Shown here piece after piece: positions 12,173 through 24,923 of a stretch of DNA of 61,423 bases. The notes beneath the pieces are model-generated. The model searched no databases. It was not told where the DNA came from and worked only from the letters and a program-made list of their open reading frames with translations. The first letter of the stretch is position 1, and each line of letters opens with the position of its first letter. The DNA is from Nemertoderma westbladi (taxonomy: Eukaryota > Animalia > Xenacoelomorpha): the NCBI GenBank assembly GCA_032718475.1, contig JAUCBJ010001685.1, positions 1 to 61,423 on the forward strand, written 5' to 3'. Both the position numbers and the translations under genes were made by a program.

Positions 12173-14536
12173 TTTACTTGTCACTTGTTTTCGACTGAAA
12201 ACCAAAGGTTTTGACCAAAAAAAGAGGCAAATACCTAAGTGGCAAAGACGTGTACATACAGTAAGAGCGCGATTTTTATCTTAATATATTTTACTAACGT
12301 TACCCATCCTTTTATCTCATTGTATCGAACTTGTGTGATTTTAATATCATAATAATGCAGTTAATTGCAATCCTAATTCAATTGTATAATTTAATTTGTT
12401 AATCGGTTATTTCTAATTTGATAAATACTGTATAACCGTAAAGTTCTCTATATGATCTATATATCACCTCATATATATTATACATAAAATCTCAGGTCTC
12501 AAAGTGCAATTTTGATATTCAACTCTAATATTTTTTATTAACGCTATTTTACGCTGATATCCAACGAAGTTTAAATAGGTTTCACAAATATTCTGTTGAC
12601 AATAATTTAACGGTAAATATAAGTACAACAAAGGCAGTACAATTTCGTATAGGTGGTAGACTCTCCGGTTCAGATATTTTATTTTATAACGGTGTGCAGT
12701 TTGAATTCCAAAATAATCTAGTCGACAAAAAATGGTGCTTCTGCTCATTACAATCACTTGTACAGTAAAGGTCTTGCATGTTGCGCTCTCCTAGCACTGA
12801 ATGTCAACATTCAAACAGCATCCATGGAAACAGCTAACATTCTCTGGTTAGCAATAATTGTCCCCTGCATAACCTATGGGTGTGAAGTATCTGATACCCC
12901 TGGTAATGCTGACCCCTTTTCTCTATAACACGTGCAGAAGGTTTTAGAGCCTTCTATTGGAAGCAGTGGTGTGGGGTGAGCAAGTTCGCCTCATCCACTG
13001 CTATCCTGAGAAAAATCGATAACCCGGAATCCGACCCAAGTGATATCCGTCGCCGATCGGGACTAAGACGCCGTGCAGCGGCGCAAATGATAGCTAATGG
13101 CTATCAACACAAATTCTGCACGGGCGAAAAGTGCTGACGACCAAATGAGAATTGTACCTGTATATGCAAATTGTGCTAAAATAGTGTAGACCTTGTCCAT
13201 TATAAACACAGTTCTAAAATACCGAGTTTTTGTTCGTCACTTAGAACTGCGATGTACCTCTGGCTCTGCATGATTTGAAACAACTTTATAGTAATTCTTC
13301 TTCAGTAATTATGTAATGTAATGTTATTTGTAATTTTATGCGTTATGTATTTAGTTCTATTATTAAGTTCCAATATCTAGCATAACCCTACCTGTGTATC
13401 CTAATGTTTAAATTGTAAACTTACTATTTAGCACTTCATTATACCTTTTTACAATGAAAATTTGTTACAACTATCATATCAGTAATTATTTTCAGTAATT
13501 TTATGAGTTTTATATTTAGCTCTATCCAGTATTTACATAGAAGCTCCACCATAATTCTACTTGTATTCATTCCGCTGTGTATTCTACTGTAATATTTTAT
13601 TTACCACATTATTTTATAATTTTACCCATGCGGGATAATATACTAAACGATTATCATAGTGCAATTTTAGTTCGTTTTTATTTTAGTATAATATATTCCC
13701 GGTTGGACCGGTGTTCAATACGAAATGAAATGAAATTAATAATGGTAAAGTATCAGTTAACGTGAACCAATGTTGACCAAAGATTCCTACCAGGTCTTTC
13801 GGGAAGGTTAATTTGATACGCGCTCCGCCTGTTTTCCATTGAAACACGATACCTGGAATGGCACATCTACTTACAACTGGGTCATCTCTTTGACGTAATA
13901 TTATCATCTTGTAACATTGGATGCGAGGGTTACTATTATCATAGTTGTAATCTAATGAGACGCATCTTCAAGATGACGGATGTGCGGGATGTTATAAAGT
14001 CTGTTCACGATCTTGTGCTCCTATGGCAACCTCCTGGCTTAACAGACATGTGGCTATTAAATAACATTCCGTTACGGATCTGTCAGAGACACTGGATGTG
14101 GAGAACGTCACCGGACTGGGGAAGTTTATGGCGACTGGGTGATTTGGGGCGGGTTTGTTTCTGGGTCTACCGGCACTGCTACTACAGACCGTTCATGTAT
14201 GTAATGCCCCTTATTAAACACTGTTATCTCCCATCAAGATTTGGTCTAATGCTTATACGGATTATTAATTACATTTCATGGTTGACGTTCTGCAGATATT
14301 ACATCTGTGGATTTGGCTACGTCTCATTTATAAAAATCAATAAACCCAAACGTAGCGGAAAGTATATTCTAATGCAGTATATTACTATCCTGGGACTCTG
14401 GTAAACGGTGAATGGAAGCAGATGTTACAGTGACATACTCGACTAGAATAACCTATTTACGTAAGGAATTTCCTACACAATACTCTACCACTCTCTATTG
14501 ATCGACCAAGGTCCTAGATAAAACCGGTATAGAGCT

Positions 14537-15702
14537 GTAACCCACCTTACGTAACCCATCGTACGTACCTTACGTAACCCATCGTACGTATCTTACGTAA
14601 CCCATCGTACGTACCTGCGTAACCCACCGTACGTACCTTACGTAACCCATCGTACGTACCTGCGTAACCCACCGTACGTACCTTACGTAACCCATCGTAC
14701 ATAAGCTTACGTAACCCACCGTACGTAAGCTTACGTAACCCATCGTACGTACCTGCGTAACCCACCGTACTTACCTTACGTAACCCACCATATGTACCTT
14801 ATGTAACCCATCGTACGTAAGCTTACGTAACCCATCGTACGTACCTGCTTAACCCACCGTACGTACCTTACGTAACCCATCGTACATAAGCTTACGTAAC
14901 CCACCGTACGTCTACGTACCTTAAGTAACCCACCGTATGTACCTTATGTAACCCATCGTACATAAGCTTACGTAACCCACCTTACGTAAGCTTACGTAAC
15001 CCATCGTACGTACCTGCGTAACCCACCGTACGTACCTTACGTAACCCATCGTACATAAGCTTACGTAACCCACCGTACGTACCTTACGTAACCCACCGTA
15101 TGTACCTTATGTAACCCATCGTACATAAGCTTACGTAACCCATCGTACGTACCTACGTAACCCACCGTATGTACCTTACGTAACCCATCGCACGTACCTA
15201 CGTAACCCACCGTACGTACCTTACGTAACCCACCGTATGTACATTTAACCCACCGTACATAAGCTTACGTAACCCATCGTACGTACCTTACGTAACCCAT
15301 CGTACGTACCTACATAACCCACCGTATGTACCTTACGTAACCCATCGTATGTACCTTACGTAACCCACCGTACGTACATACGTAATCCACAGTATGTACC
15401 TTACGTAATCCACCATACGTACCTTACGTAACCCACAGTATGTACCTTATGTAACCCACCATACGTACCTTACGTAACCCACCGTATGTACCTTACGTAA
15501 CCCACCGTTCGTACATACGTAACCCACCGTACCTACCTACATAACCCACCGTATGTACCTTATGTAACCCACCATACGTAACTCATTGTACGTACCTTAC
15601 GTAACCCACCGTATGTACCTTACGTAACCCACCGTATGTACCTTACGTAACCCACCGTACGTACCTACGTAACCCATCGTACGTACCTTACGTAACCCAT
15701 CG
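14537..15702. repeat. 22-24 bp minisatellite (CGTAACCCAYCGTACGTACCTTA)n, about 50 copies
   Basis: Direct inspection; interleaved ATAAGCTT and ACCTG variants. Confidence 0.97.
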
Positions 15703-15964
15703 CTCACCCTTCTCTCAACGGCCACTCAGTAACTTTTTAATGTTAACTTTTTAACGTGTTTTTAGCATCAGTCAATTTTATAATAATTTATCAATAATTG
15801 CCCCTTTTAGTGTAAATTTTTTAACTCAGATTTCATTAATTACCCCGAGTGGGGGTGTATCTATAATAAAAAAAAATATTGTGGCAGTTTGTGTTGTAGA
15901 ATAAAAATGTATGCTGTGATAAAGATAATTATAATTTCTGCCTTGAGAAAGTTAATTGTGGGTC

Positions 15965-16310
15965 GAGCCACGAAGTGAGCGAAGCCTTAGTATATGGGTG
16001 CCATTAACGAGTTGTCTGTCGTCGTCGTCGTCTGTCGTCGTAAATTTTGGAACTCTAATAACTCGGTCATTCCTTGATGAAACTAAACGAAACCTGGTAC
16101 GTATGTAGTCCGGCAAAGGTTTCGAAAGAATCGAAAGTTTGGTAAACAAAAACGAACGAACGCAACGAGTTTACAGTGGATACGAGTATCCATCTGCCAT
16201 AAATCTGCAGTTACTCTGACATTTTCGAGACTTTGCATAGTTATAAAGGTCGTTAGTCTCCGTTTAGGAAAATTATTTTGAGACAAAACAGGACGAGCGC
16301 AACGAGGTTA
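15965..16310 (+). mobile_element. Dispersed non-autonomous repeat, copy 1 (possibly Helentron/HINE-like)
   Basis: GAGCCACGAAGTGAGCGAAGCCTTAG...AACGAGTTGTCTGTCGTCGT...AATAACTCGGTCATTCCTTGATGAAA is shared with 54035-54235 (inverted) and 58765 onward. The internal GTC microsatellite is typical of HINE-like elements; the class is inference. Confidence 0.7.
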
Positions 16311-16606
16311 ATGAAGGAGAAGAGTATTGTAAAACTAAAATATCGTACTTAACTTAAATAGCCCTTGTTAGAAGGTTTACAAATGACAGTTAAAGTGTGT
16401 AAGGGCAAACTGAAATGGATCTCTGTTTTTACAACTAGTTTATCACAAACTAATAGCATCGCCTTTACTCATATATATTTTGGGAAAGACGGTTTTCGTA
16501 TATCTAATAGATATTAGTATAATGTACTCTCTAATATATGCTCTCGTGCTGCGCGAAGGCCCCACGAACGTGTAATTTCTACCGTGGGTTAATTATGGTT
16601 GGGTGA

Positions 16607-16818
16607 ATTCTTAGCCCGCGATTATTCTTAGCCCGCGAGTATTCTTAGCCCGCGGGTATTCTTAGCCCGCGGGTATTCTTAGCCCGCGAGTTAGTAAAGG
16701 AGCAGGTTAGTAAAGGAGCAGGTTTCATAGGCGTATTGGAGGAACCAAAACAATAAACGTTATTGTTTTGCGGGCTAAGAATACCCACGGTCTAAGAATA
16801 CTCGCGGGCTAAGAATTC
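16607..16818. mobile_element. Small palindromic MITE-like element with 17-bp subterminal repeats
   Basis: Five copies of ATTCTTAGCCCGCG on the left and three inverted copies (CGGGCTAAGAAT) on the right. The centre has the AAGGAGCAGGTT / AACCAAAACAATAAAC module. Confidence 0.65.
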
Positions 16819-17688
16819 CTGATACCTTAATTTTGTGTTGAAAGTTGTTGTGGGCCACCGTAGAAGTACCGGTATGATAAAACGTGTCCAAAAAGAAAAA
16901 TATCCTTAGTAACAAACATGAAGCGTTATAAACAAGCAATTAGTCTGGAGTGTAAAAACTTCTTTGAAAATAGAAACTGAGGTTGGAAACTATAGAGGTC
17001 TCTAAAAAAAGACATTTAGCAAAGCCAAGAAATATTTTTTTGTGCTGCCACCAGTCCTTAAATTTATTTCAAAATTGTAAAGAAAAACTTTTTCATGTAT
17101 GTTTGCTTAAGTTGTCCTGGATCTTATTTGTTAATTAAACAACAGGTCTTGTTATGGAATTATCTACCCCCACCTCCACTATATCAATGATTGCAATTCG
17201 ATTGAGCCAAATGGCAATGTAACATCGGCACTAGATGGTTCCGTTGCCATCACCTTCTAACACATGACGCTGTCGCGCATACATTTATTTAATTTGTCAG
17301 CATTTCTTACCATGTGTGTTGCCGTTATTCAGTAACGTATTCAGCAAGTTATTCAGTTTATGAGTAATGCAGTCGAAAAGGAAAAAGAACAAGTTGGGTT
17401 GAATCATCAATTTGTAATTATAATTGCTCAAGTTATCTTTGCGTTGATACGTACTGATTCCAAATATATGGGACTCCCCAATGCGCCAATATAAATAGAA
17501 TATTCACAATAATAATAATCGAATGATTTTTTATAATAATAATCCTAAAGTACAAACTTATTTAGTCAGTCAGAATTTCAGATTGTAACCCCCAAGAACT
17601 ACGTTTGATACCCGTCTGTCTGGTCAGTCTGTGTCCGTCATAAGTCGTTTATTAGGCCGTTTAGACGGTTATTAGCTCAAAGGATGGT

Positions 17689-18250
17689 ATGCTTGAGCAT
17701 GTGGACGACTTCTGTTACCTGGGATCATGGATCCGGAAGCCAGGTGAGGACCTTCGAATACGTAAGGGAAAGGCATGGGCAGCCTTGAATAGGCTTTCCA
17801 GGATTTGGAAGTCACCGAGAATTAATCGGAAACTTAAGGTCCGATTATTTAGAGCAGCAGTAGTTCCAGTACTCCTCTACGGGAGTCCATGCTGGGCTCT
17901 AACTGCTGAGGACACCAAATCTCTGGATGGCACATTCACAAGAATGCTACGCCGGGTTCATTATGTCAAGTACAATGCACACATCTCCAACCAGACACTA
18001 CATAACATTGGAGGTGTCTCATTGGTTCCCCCAAGCTTGACACTAGAACAAAATCGCCTCCGCTTTGCAGGACATTGCTTTCGCCGTGAGGACCAGCCAG
18101 TGCATAATCTTGTACTTTGGCAGCCTCATGGAGTGAATAAGCATGGTGGACAGCCCATGACTTTCTTGAGACGCATCTTAAAGGACACTGGCCTTGAAGA
18201 TGCGGATGATCTAGCAAATGTCATGGGTGATAGGGAATTGTGGCGGTGCC
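17689..18250 (+). mobile_element. 5'-truncated RTE-clade non-LTR retrotransposon, C-terminal part of ORF
   Basis: LEHVDDFCYLGSWI...RIRKGKAWAALNRLSRIWKS...KLKVRLFRAAVVPVLLYGS.CW.LT...RLRFAGHCFR...DRELWR is the characteristic post-RT thumb region of RTE-type LINEs. Confidence 0.85.
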
Positions 18251-18354
18251 ACAAGTCCGCTCGGCTGTCCGTTGGTGTCTGTCGGTCGGCGACAGAATGC
18301 AGCAGTGATGCTGCATATCACTCCGTCTGGTCGGTAAAGCGTCGACCCTTCAGC

Positions 18355-18765
18355 GTACCGCTCGCCCCTCGCCATCCCTTTCTGAGTCCTCAGGCAAGTC
18401 AAGCGGCTTAACTTTGGGGTCTGTCGGGTCCTCACGACGCCTAGTGTCACCAGGGTTCGAATCCTTTTCAGTCTCGCACCAAGCTGACCGTCGCCGCTCG
18501 TGCAGTCCGAGACTTTCAGTGGGTGCCGCTCGCCCCTCTCAATCCTTTACGGGGTTGGTCCTCAGGAAAGTCTAACTAATTCTGGGTGTCGCCCGTTTCG
18601 GCTGTCCATGTCCCTTTCTCCCATGCTCTGCCTAGTGTCACTCCTAGGTCGAATCCTTTTCAGGCTCACCCTAGGCTGACTGGCTCGGCTTGGGGTCCCC
18701 ACCTTTGTGACGCCTAGTGTCACCCTAGCACGAATCCTTTTCAGGCTCGTGCTAGGCTGACCGGC
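18355..18765. other. GC-rich block of interleaved structured repeats (A-B-A-B-B)
   Basis: Motif A CCGCTCGCCCCTC...GTCCTCAGG.AAGTC at about 18358 and 18526. Motif B GCCTAGTGTCAC-stem-GAATCCTTTTCAG-stem-GCTGAC at about 18439, 18630 and 18712. Confidence 0.6.
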
Positions 18766-20559
18766 GCCACTCAGGCATTTGTCCCTTGGCAACTAGGACC
18801 TATACCTGGAGTCAGATTGTACTTGAATTCTTGGAATTTGGGCCCCATTAAAAGCACTTGAGAGTGGCGATTTTGAGTTTAGTCATCATTAACTTTGTTA
18901 ATTTTAACTTTTTATCGTTCCTGTTTTCTTTGCTCACGGTGTCCGGGACTTTTTGGAATATTCGTTCATTATAGTTTATAATTTTTATATATGTCCGGCA
19001 CCCAATTTTAAAATAACGCGAACAATGTGGCGCACAAAAATTCTGGCTAGAGATCGTAATGTTTTGGAAAATGCATTTCATGCATCTCTTGAAAACACGT
19101 GGTAAGGTAATAATACATTTCCAATATTACTTTAAAGAATTTCTAAATTTCACTGTTTTTTTAGACCGTTTTTTGTCTTCCGGTTTTTGTTTTTTATTTT
19201 TTGTCAAAATTCTCACTCAAGTTTTCTTATAGACTCCTCCATAGTTTCCAACCCCAGGCGTTTCCATTCTCATAAAAAAAACGTTTTTTTTCCCTCCGCC
19301 CTAAATAAACATAATATTGTCATTTGCGTTTATCTGTGGTGGGTGTTAACATCGATAATTACCGAACATTGTTAATTACTATTAATCCCACCCCTTTGTG
19401 ATTTCAGCATTTCACTATGTCATTTTTTGGCTTGGGATCTTGAGAATCGTTCCATTGCGATGCGAAACCACACTGCCTTTTTTAATTAATCGGTAATAAT
19501 TTTAATTAGTCGTTTAATACGAAATCGGATAATTTGTGATAATTTCCATACCGCCCCAAGACACATAACAATAAATCCAACATAAAATCTTATTTGCGGT
19601 AGTTGTATCTTCTATGCTGGTTACGGTTCACTGCGATCTGTCCATTGGAGACCTCCGGGGCGGGGTTAATTTTATTTCATCCCACCATGACCTACTAAAG
19701 ATATCATTACTAGGTCATGCTCCCACTACTACACCCACCCCAGTAGGCAAGACTGCTGAGAATATTAAAATACGTTATTGTAATGCATTTAAAATTTTCT
19801 AAATTTATATGCTTGTCTATATATATTAGAATTATATTCAGCCCTCCCAGCCCAAAAAAAAAAACGAGGAAAAATGAACTGAAATTTAAAAATTGATAGA
19901 GGGTAGGTATTTGTTGCGGTTTCATTTTTGAGCTCAGCTCTCATTTGTGTCGATTTTCACCTTCATCACGAGACGCCAGAGTCCCACACCACAACTGAAA
20001 ATGAAATTCTACTCGAAAATTTAATTATGGCTCCCACTTTAAGCCTCGACCATTAATATTGGTAACACTCAACAAAAGGAAATCAATAACCCTGTACCCG
20101 ACGGTGTTGGACGAAGTGTAAAACAGCGGTTATAATGCATTTTAATTACTATCAGAAACAATTAATAGTGCCAATACCATGAATAAATAATAATGTAATG
20201 TACCAAATACCAGGAAATATGAAAATTCAAAAAGAAGGTCCAAAGACAGCAGCACCATGAAGATTTACTACATTCATAACCAAACGAAAGAAAATATATT
20301 TAGGCCCTAAAGTGACGTGGTTTTATTGGCTATGGGCAGTAACTTACTGCAATGTGGTTGATGGTATTGGGATGGGACAACCAACCGAGTGTTTCTGTCA
20401 GATTACCAATTTTTCATTGAATTTTATTTCATTTAGAATTCCTGAAATAAAGGGAGAATTGTAGCTAAATAAAAATCTAAAATGTTATTAGTTGGGCCGG
20501 TGGGCGTTGAAACAATCGAATGACAAACAAACAAATAAATAAATAATACTGTCAGTTGC

Positions 20560-21764
20560 AACATTCTGCACAATAACAATGTACGTGTATCTACTATTAA
20601 GTACCAACCCCAACATTCTGCTCAATAACAATGTACGTGTATCTACTATTAAGTACCAACCCCAACATTCTGCACAATAAGAATGTACGTGTATCTACTT
20701 TTAAGTACCAACCCCAACATTCTGCACAATAAGAATGTACGTGTATCTACTTTTAAGTACCAACCCCAACATTCTGCACAATAAGAATGTAAGTGTATCT
20801 ACTATTAAGTACCAACCCCAACATTCTGCACAATAAGAATGTACGTGTATCTACTTTTAAGTACCAACCCCAACATTCTGCACAATAAGAATGTACGTGT
20901 ATCTACTTTTAAGTACCAACCCCAACATTCTGCTCAATAACAATGTACGTGTATCTACTATTAAGTACCAACCCCAACATTCTGCTCAATAACAATGTAC
21001 GTGTATCTACTATTAAGTACCAACCCCAACATTCTGTACAATAAGAATGTACGTGTATCTACTATTAAGTACCAACCCCAACATTCTGCACAATAAGAAT
21101 GTACGTGTATCTACTATTAAGTACCAACCCCAACATTCTGCACAATAAGAATGTACGTGTATCTACTATTAAGTACCAACCCCAACATTCTGCACAATAA
21201 GAATGTACGTGTATCTACTATTAAGTACCAACCCCAACATTCTGCACAATAAGAATGTACGTGTATCTACTATTAAGTACCAACCCCAACATTCTGCTCA
21301 ATAACAATGTACGTGTATCTACTATTAAGTACCAACCCCAACATTCTGCACAATAAGAATGTACGTGTATCTACTATTAAGTACCAACCCCAACATTCTG
21401 CACAATAAGAATGTACGTGTATCTACTATTAAGTACCAACCCCAACATTCTGCACAATAAGAATGTACGTGTATCTACTATTAAGTACCAACCCCAACAT
21501 TCTGCACAATAAGAATGTACGTGTATCTACTATTAAGTACCAACCCCAACATTCTGCTCAATAACAATGTACGTGTATCTACTATTAAGTACCAACCCCA
21601 ACATTCTGCTCAATAACAATGTACGTGTATCTACTATTAAGTACCAACCCCAACATTCTGCACAATAAGAATGTACGTGTATCTACTATTAAGTACCAAC
21701 CCCAACATTCTGCACAATAAGAATGTACGTGTATCTACTATTAAGTACCAACCCCAACATTCTG
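20560..21764. repeat. 52-bp minisatellite, about 23 copies
   Basis: Unit AACATTCTGCACAATAAGAATGTACGTGTATCTACTATTAAGTACCAACCCC; period 52 (20612 to 20664). Confidence 0.98.
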
Positions 21765-22183
21765 AGTTAATTATTATGTATTTCATATTTAATAAAGTAT
21801 TAACACCAACAATCCATTAACTTATTGTTTTCGTAATTTACAGGAGCAAAAAATATTAATCAAATAATATATAGTTAAGTACAATAATTGACATAAGTGC
21901 ACTTGTATTATAGTTAATTCCATTGTAGTAAGTACTGATTGGTTGTGTGTATTGGATCGAAGTCTCGAAGATCGAAGATTTATTACCTAAAGAGGGGATA
22001 AGAGTTGAATGTGGGAATATTAAAATTCACTAATGAAAAGCATATAAATAAATAGGTATATAATACGAACTATTTCCATATTGTTTGACATTGTCAGTCA
22101 CAGAATCACGACCTTACCGTGTGTACAGATATTCACCCGATTGGAGACTTAGGGAAGTAGTGCAAAGCAGAGACAACCATTAT

Positions 22184-23455
22184 TTATTTCCCAGCTTGTA
22201 GATTCCTATTATAGACGGGTATATCGCTAGAACCGGTCCTACCGACAGAAGAAGAAGATTGTAAATCCTCATAATCATCCTTCAACTCATCTACCTGTTT
22301 GTATTTCTTATCATAATAATAATCTTTCTTTTTATGGAGGTACAGGACGCATATGTCGCAGATAACGGTTGCGACGGCCAGTAAGGCGATCCCAGACGCA
22401 ACGTTTAACACGAGGAAGTAAACATCGAACCTGCCCCCGTCCCCATGCAGTTGTATCTCGAACCGGATCCCGTAAGCTTTCGTCTGGCGTCGGTATAATG
22501 TTCCGTTTACTTTGTAAAAGTCGGCGAATCTAAAGTTGTATCCTCGGGCTAATTTAGCGAACGGGTCGTCTAAACGTTTGAACTCGTACGTTGGGAGGCA
22601 GTACTCATCGTCGAAGTCCAGGTTGCAGTTCCAATTCATTACTATACCCATTATACCGCCTTTAACCGAGATGTCTCCCCATTCTACTTTCGGCGTGGAT
22701 TCCTTGAGAATGTCGCCGATCCGAAATATCGGGCAGAACCTAAACAGGTGGTGCTGCGCGTTGTACGTGCAGTTCTTAAGGTAGTCTTCAGAGGCGTTCT
22801 CCACTATGTTCCTTCGGCGAAAGTTAAATTTATCGAATCGCACTGTGCTCTTAAGAAGAATTGTGAAGTCTTTAGCTGCTTGAATTACCGGCTGTACTTT
22901 CGGTGGCTTTCTCTCGTTTTCCAACGGGCACCAGGAATAGATCTCGCAGGTTTTAATTGTCGAGTTGTAGCTGATACATTTCCCCGTTCGCACCCCGTTC
23001 CCAATGTAAACAGGTTCGCCCGCCGGACATTGTTTATCTTCGTCGCAAATGACCTTGGCGACGTCGGGGTCTTCTGCGCAAGTCGATTGCGATTGGTCGT
23101 CTGTGATTAACATGTTAGTCATAACGAATACGGAGTTGTGTTCCTCTGGAGGTATCACATAATCTGATACATCCCAAAGTCGTTTGTACAAGTTGTCTCC
23201 CCCCAGTCCCGTGTTCGTAACGTTTGTGTAGGCGGTGCCTTTTACTTTTGTAGTGACTGTGCCGCTAGGCTTGTCGTGATTTTGGTAGCCCTTCTGGTAC
23301 ACGATTACGTAACCGATAATATAACTGAATATTAGTAACTGGATAATTCGACAAGCCAGGCCAATCTTTATGCTCTTGATGTGAACAATCTTGGGGGTAT
23401 CATACTCAAATACCTCGGTCCAAAATGCGGAGCATGCCGCCCCCATGACAGTCAT
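22184..23455 (-). CDS. P2X purinoceptor (ATP-gated cation channel, P2X4-like), single coding exon, nested in TMEM181 intron 3
   Basis: 423 aa with N-terminal YDTPK motif, TM1, TTKVKG lysines, ten extracellular cysteines, GYNFRFA, KAYGIRF, TM2 and a C-terminal YxxxK motif (YYYDKKY). One-to-one orthology to a vertebrate paralogue cannot be assigned. Confidence 0.97.
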   Translation of the reverse strand: MTVMGAACSAFWTEVFEYDTPKIVHIKSIKIGLACRIIQLLIFSYIIGYVIVYQKGYQNHDKPSGTVTTKVKGTAYTNVTNTGLGGDNLYKRLWDVSDYVIPPEEHNSVFVMTNMLITDDQSQSTCAEDPDVAKVICDEDKQCPAGEPVYIGNGVRTGKCISYNSTIKTCEIYSWCPLENERKPPKVQPVIQAAKDFTILLKSTVRFDKFNFRRRNIVENASEDYLKNCTYNAQHHLFRFCPIFRIGDILKESTPKVEWGDISVKGGIMGIVMNWNCNLDFDDEYCLPTYEFKRLDDPFAKLARGYNFRFADFYKVNGTLYRRQTKAYGIRFEIQLHGDGGRFDVYFLVLNVASGIALLAVATVICDICVLYLHKKKDYYYDKKYKQVDELKDDYEDLQSSSSVGRTGSSDIPVYNRNLQAGK

Positions 23456-23906
23456 CGGGTCGGACTGGTTCCTGGGTTGAGATCAACGGCGATCAATTCC
23501 TGAATATAAATTTAGTTTAGGGCAGTCACAACCCCTACGTACAGTGTACAGGCGCACAGCAGTTGTTGTAACTTGTAACCCGGCAAACAGTACCGGTTGC
23601 CGGTACACTATCTGTCTACCGGACCGACAGTTTGCAGTGAGGGTAATAATACTATTACTGTAGAATCGGCTACCTATTTCAACAGTAACATGTTACAGTG
23701 TGATGTGAGAATATTAAAGTGGGTGGTCGTGGTTCCTCAACAGTACAGTAGGCCTACTAGTACTAATGCTAACATTTACATTGCCTCTATAGCTTAATGT
23801 AAGGCCTCAGTAATATTGTAATACAGTACAGTAATACTCACCAGTCACCACTACAAACTGCAGTGCACTACATAAACTGTAAAAACAGCATTCAGTGTGC
23901 TCAACC

Positions 23907-24155
23907 CAGATAGGGGGGGGGGGGGGAAATAGATGCAATAAAAATTCATTCCTCTCCAGGGGAAATTCGACGCAAATAACAGCTGATTATTCTCAAAAAT
24001 AAAACTGTAACCTGTTCTATTGTGCTTAGTTTATTGTTTTGGTTCAAATAACGTGCCACTGTAACATTAAGAATTTAACATTGAGGCGGGATATTAATTC
24101 GCCAAGGCGGGTTTTGCGTCCAGTTTCCCCCCCCCCCCCCCCCCCCCCCTGTCTC
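23907..24155. mobile_element. About 250-bp MITE with 8-bp TSD (hAT-like)
   Basis: Ends CAGATAG(G)nAAATAGATGCAA and TTGCGTCCAGTTT(C)nTGTCTC, flanked by GCTCAACC at 23899-23906 and 24156-24163. A partial inverted copy lies at 44826-44990. Confidence 0.7.
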
Positions 24156-24923
24156 GCTCAACCATAGCAGCTACATGCAGACATGGCGATGATAGACAAA
24201 ATTATAAACGCAACTAGTAAGAAGTAGGCCTAGCTACTCCACACCTGTGATGCATATTATTATTGTCGATATGATTTGATTATATTGATTTTGTTGTTGT
24301 TATTATTTGTTAATATGAACTTACTGTATAAGCGCTGTTCGCAAGATCTGTTTCTACGATCTAATTTACTTTTAACCTCTCTATGATTATTGTAATGTAG
24401 TCATAGATAAAGATCATTAGCAATTATCCACACATCAAAGTAACAATTACAGTATTAAATTGCTTTCTTATTAATTCATGTTTTAAATCAACCTTCTTTA
24501 TTACCTCGTAAGAAGACCTGTGTACTGAAATATTAGAGCAAAGGGCTATATGAAATAATCGCACACTTCGGGTCGGGAGGGGTTGTCCACAATGTCCATT
24601 CCTTTGTTCTGCCGCACTAATTTCATAATTAATTAGGAGCTTTCAGGTCGGTTAACAGTAAACTTGTTGATAACATTGCTAAATAACACGAAATTACCTA
24701 CCAGAAAATATCAGACTATTCACTTGGCTGTGATAGTAATGACTCCTGATGTGTATAGTTATAGCTGCTGGTTGTGAGAACATTTGACTGGGGCAATCGT
24801 GGGAGGGGAATTTATTATATGGGCTAATTAATTAATAGATGTGCTTTGATGCACTTCTTAGTGCGCATAATTCAATTTTTGGGATTAAATTGCTTTAAAT
24901 TAAGTGGGATAGCTACTAAGCTA

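Noticed and set aside
12700-14404. Short ORFs (e.g. 13955-14404) and coding-like composition
   Set aside because: No recognisable domain and no consistent splice structure; possibly a decayed TE, but it cannot be supported.
18378-18400. Minimal hammerhead ribozyme on the minus strand (CTGAGGA-CTCA-GAAA)
   Set aside because: No room for stem II, no stem III with a UH cleavage site, and the second copy of the motif lacks GAAA.
18438-18465. tRNA gene or tRNA-derived SINE suggested by GGGTTCGAATCC (B-box)
   Set aside because: The A-box-like GCCTAGTG is under 10 nt away, no cloverleaf forms, and the two sister motifs do not keep the B-box.
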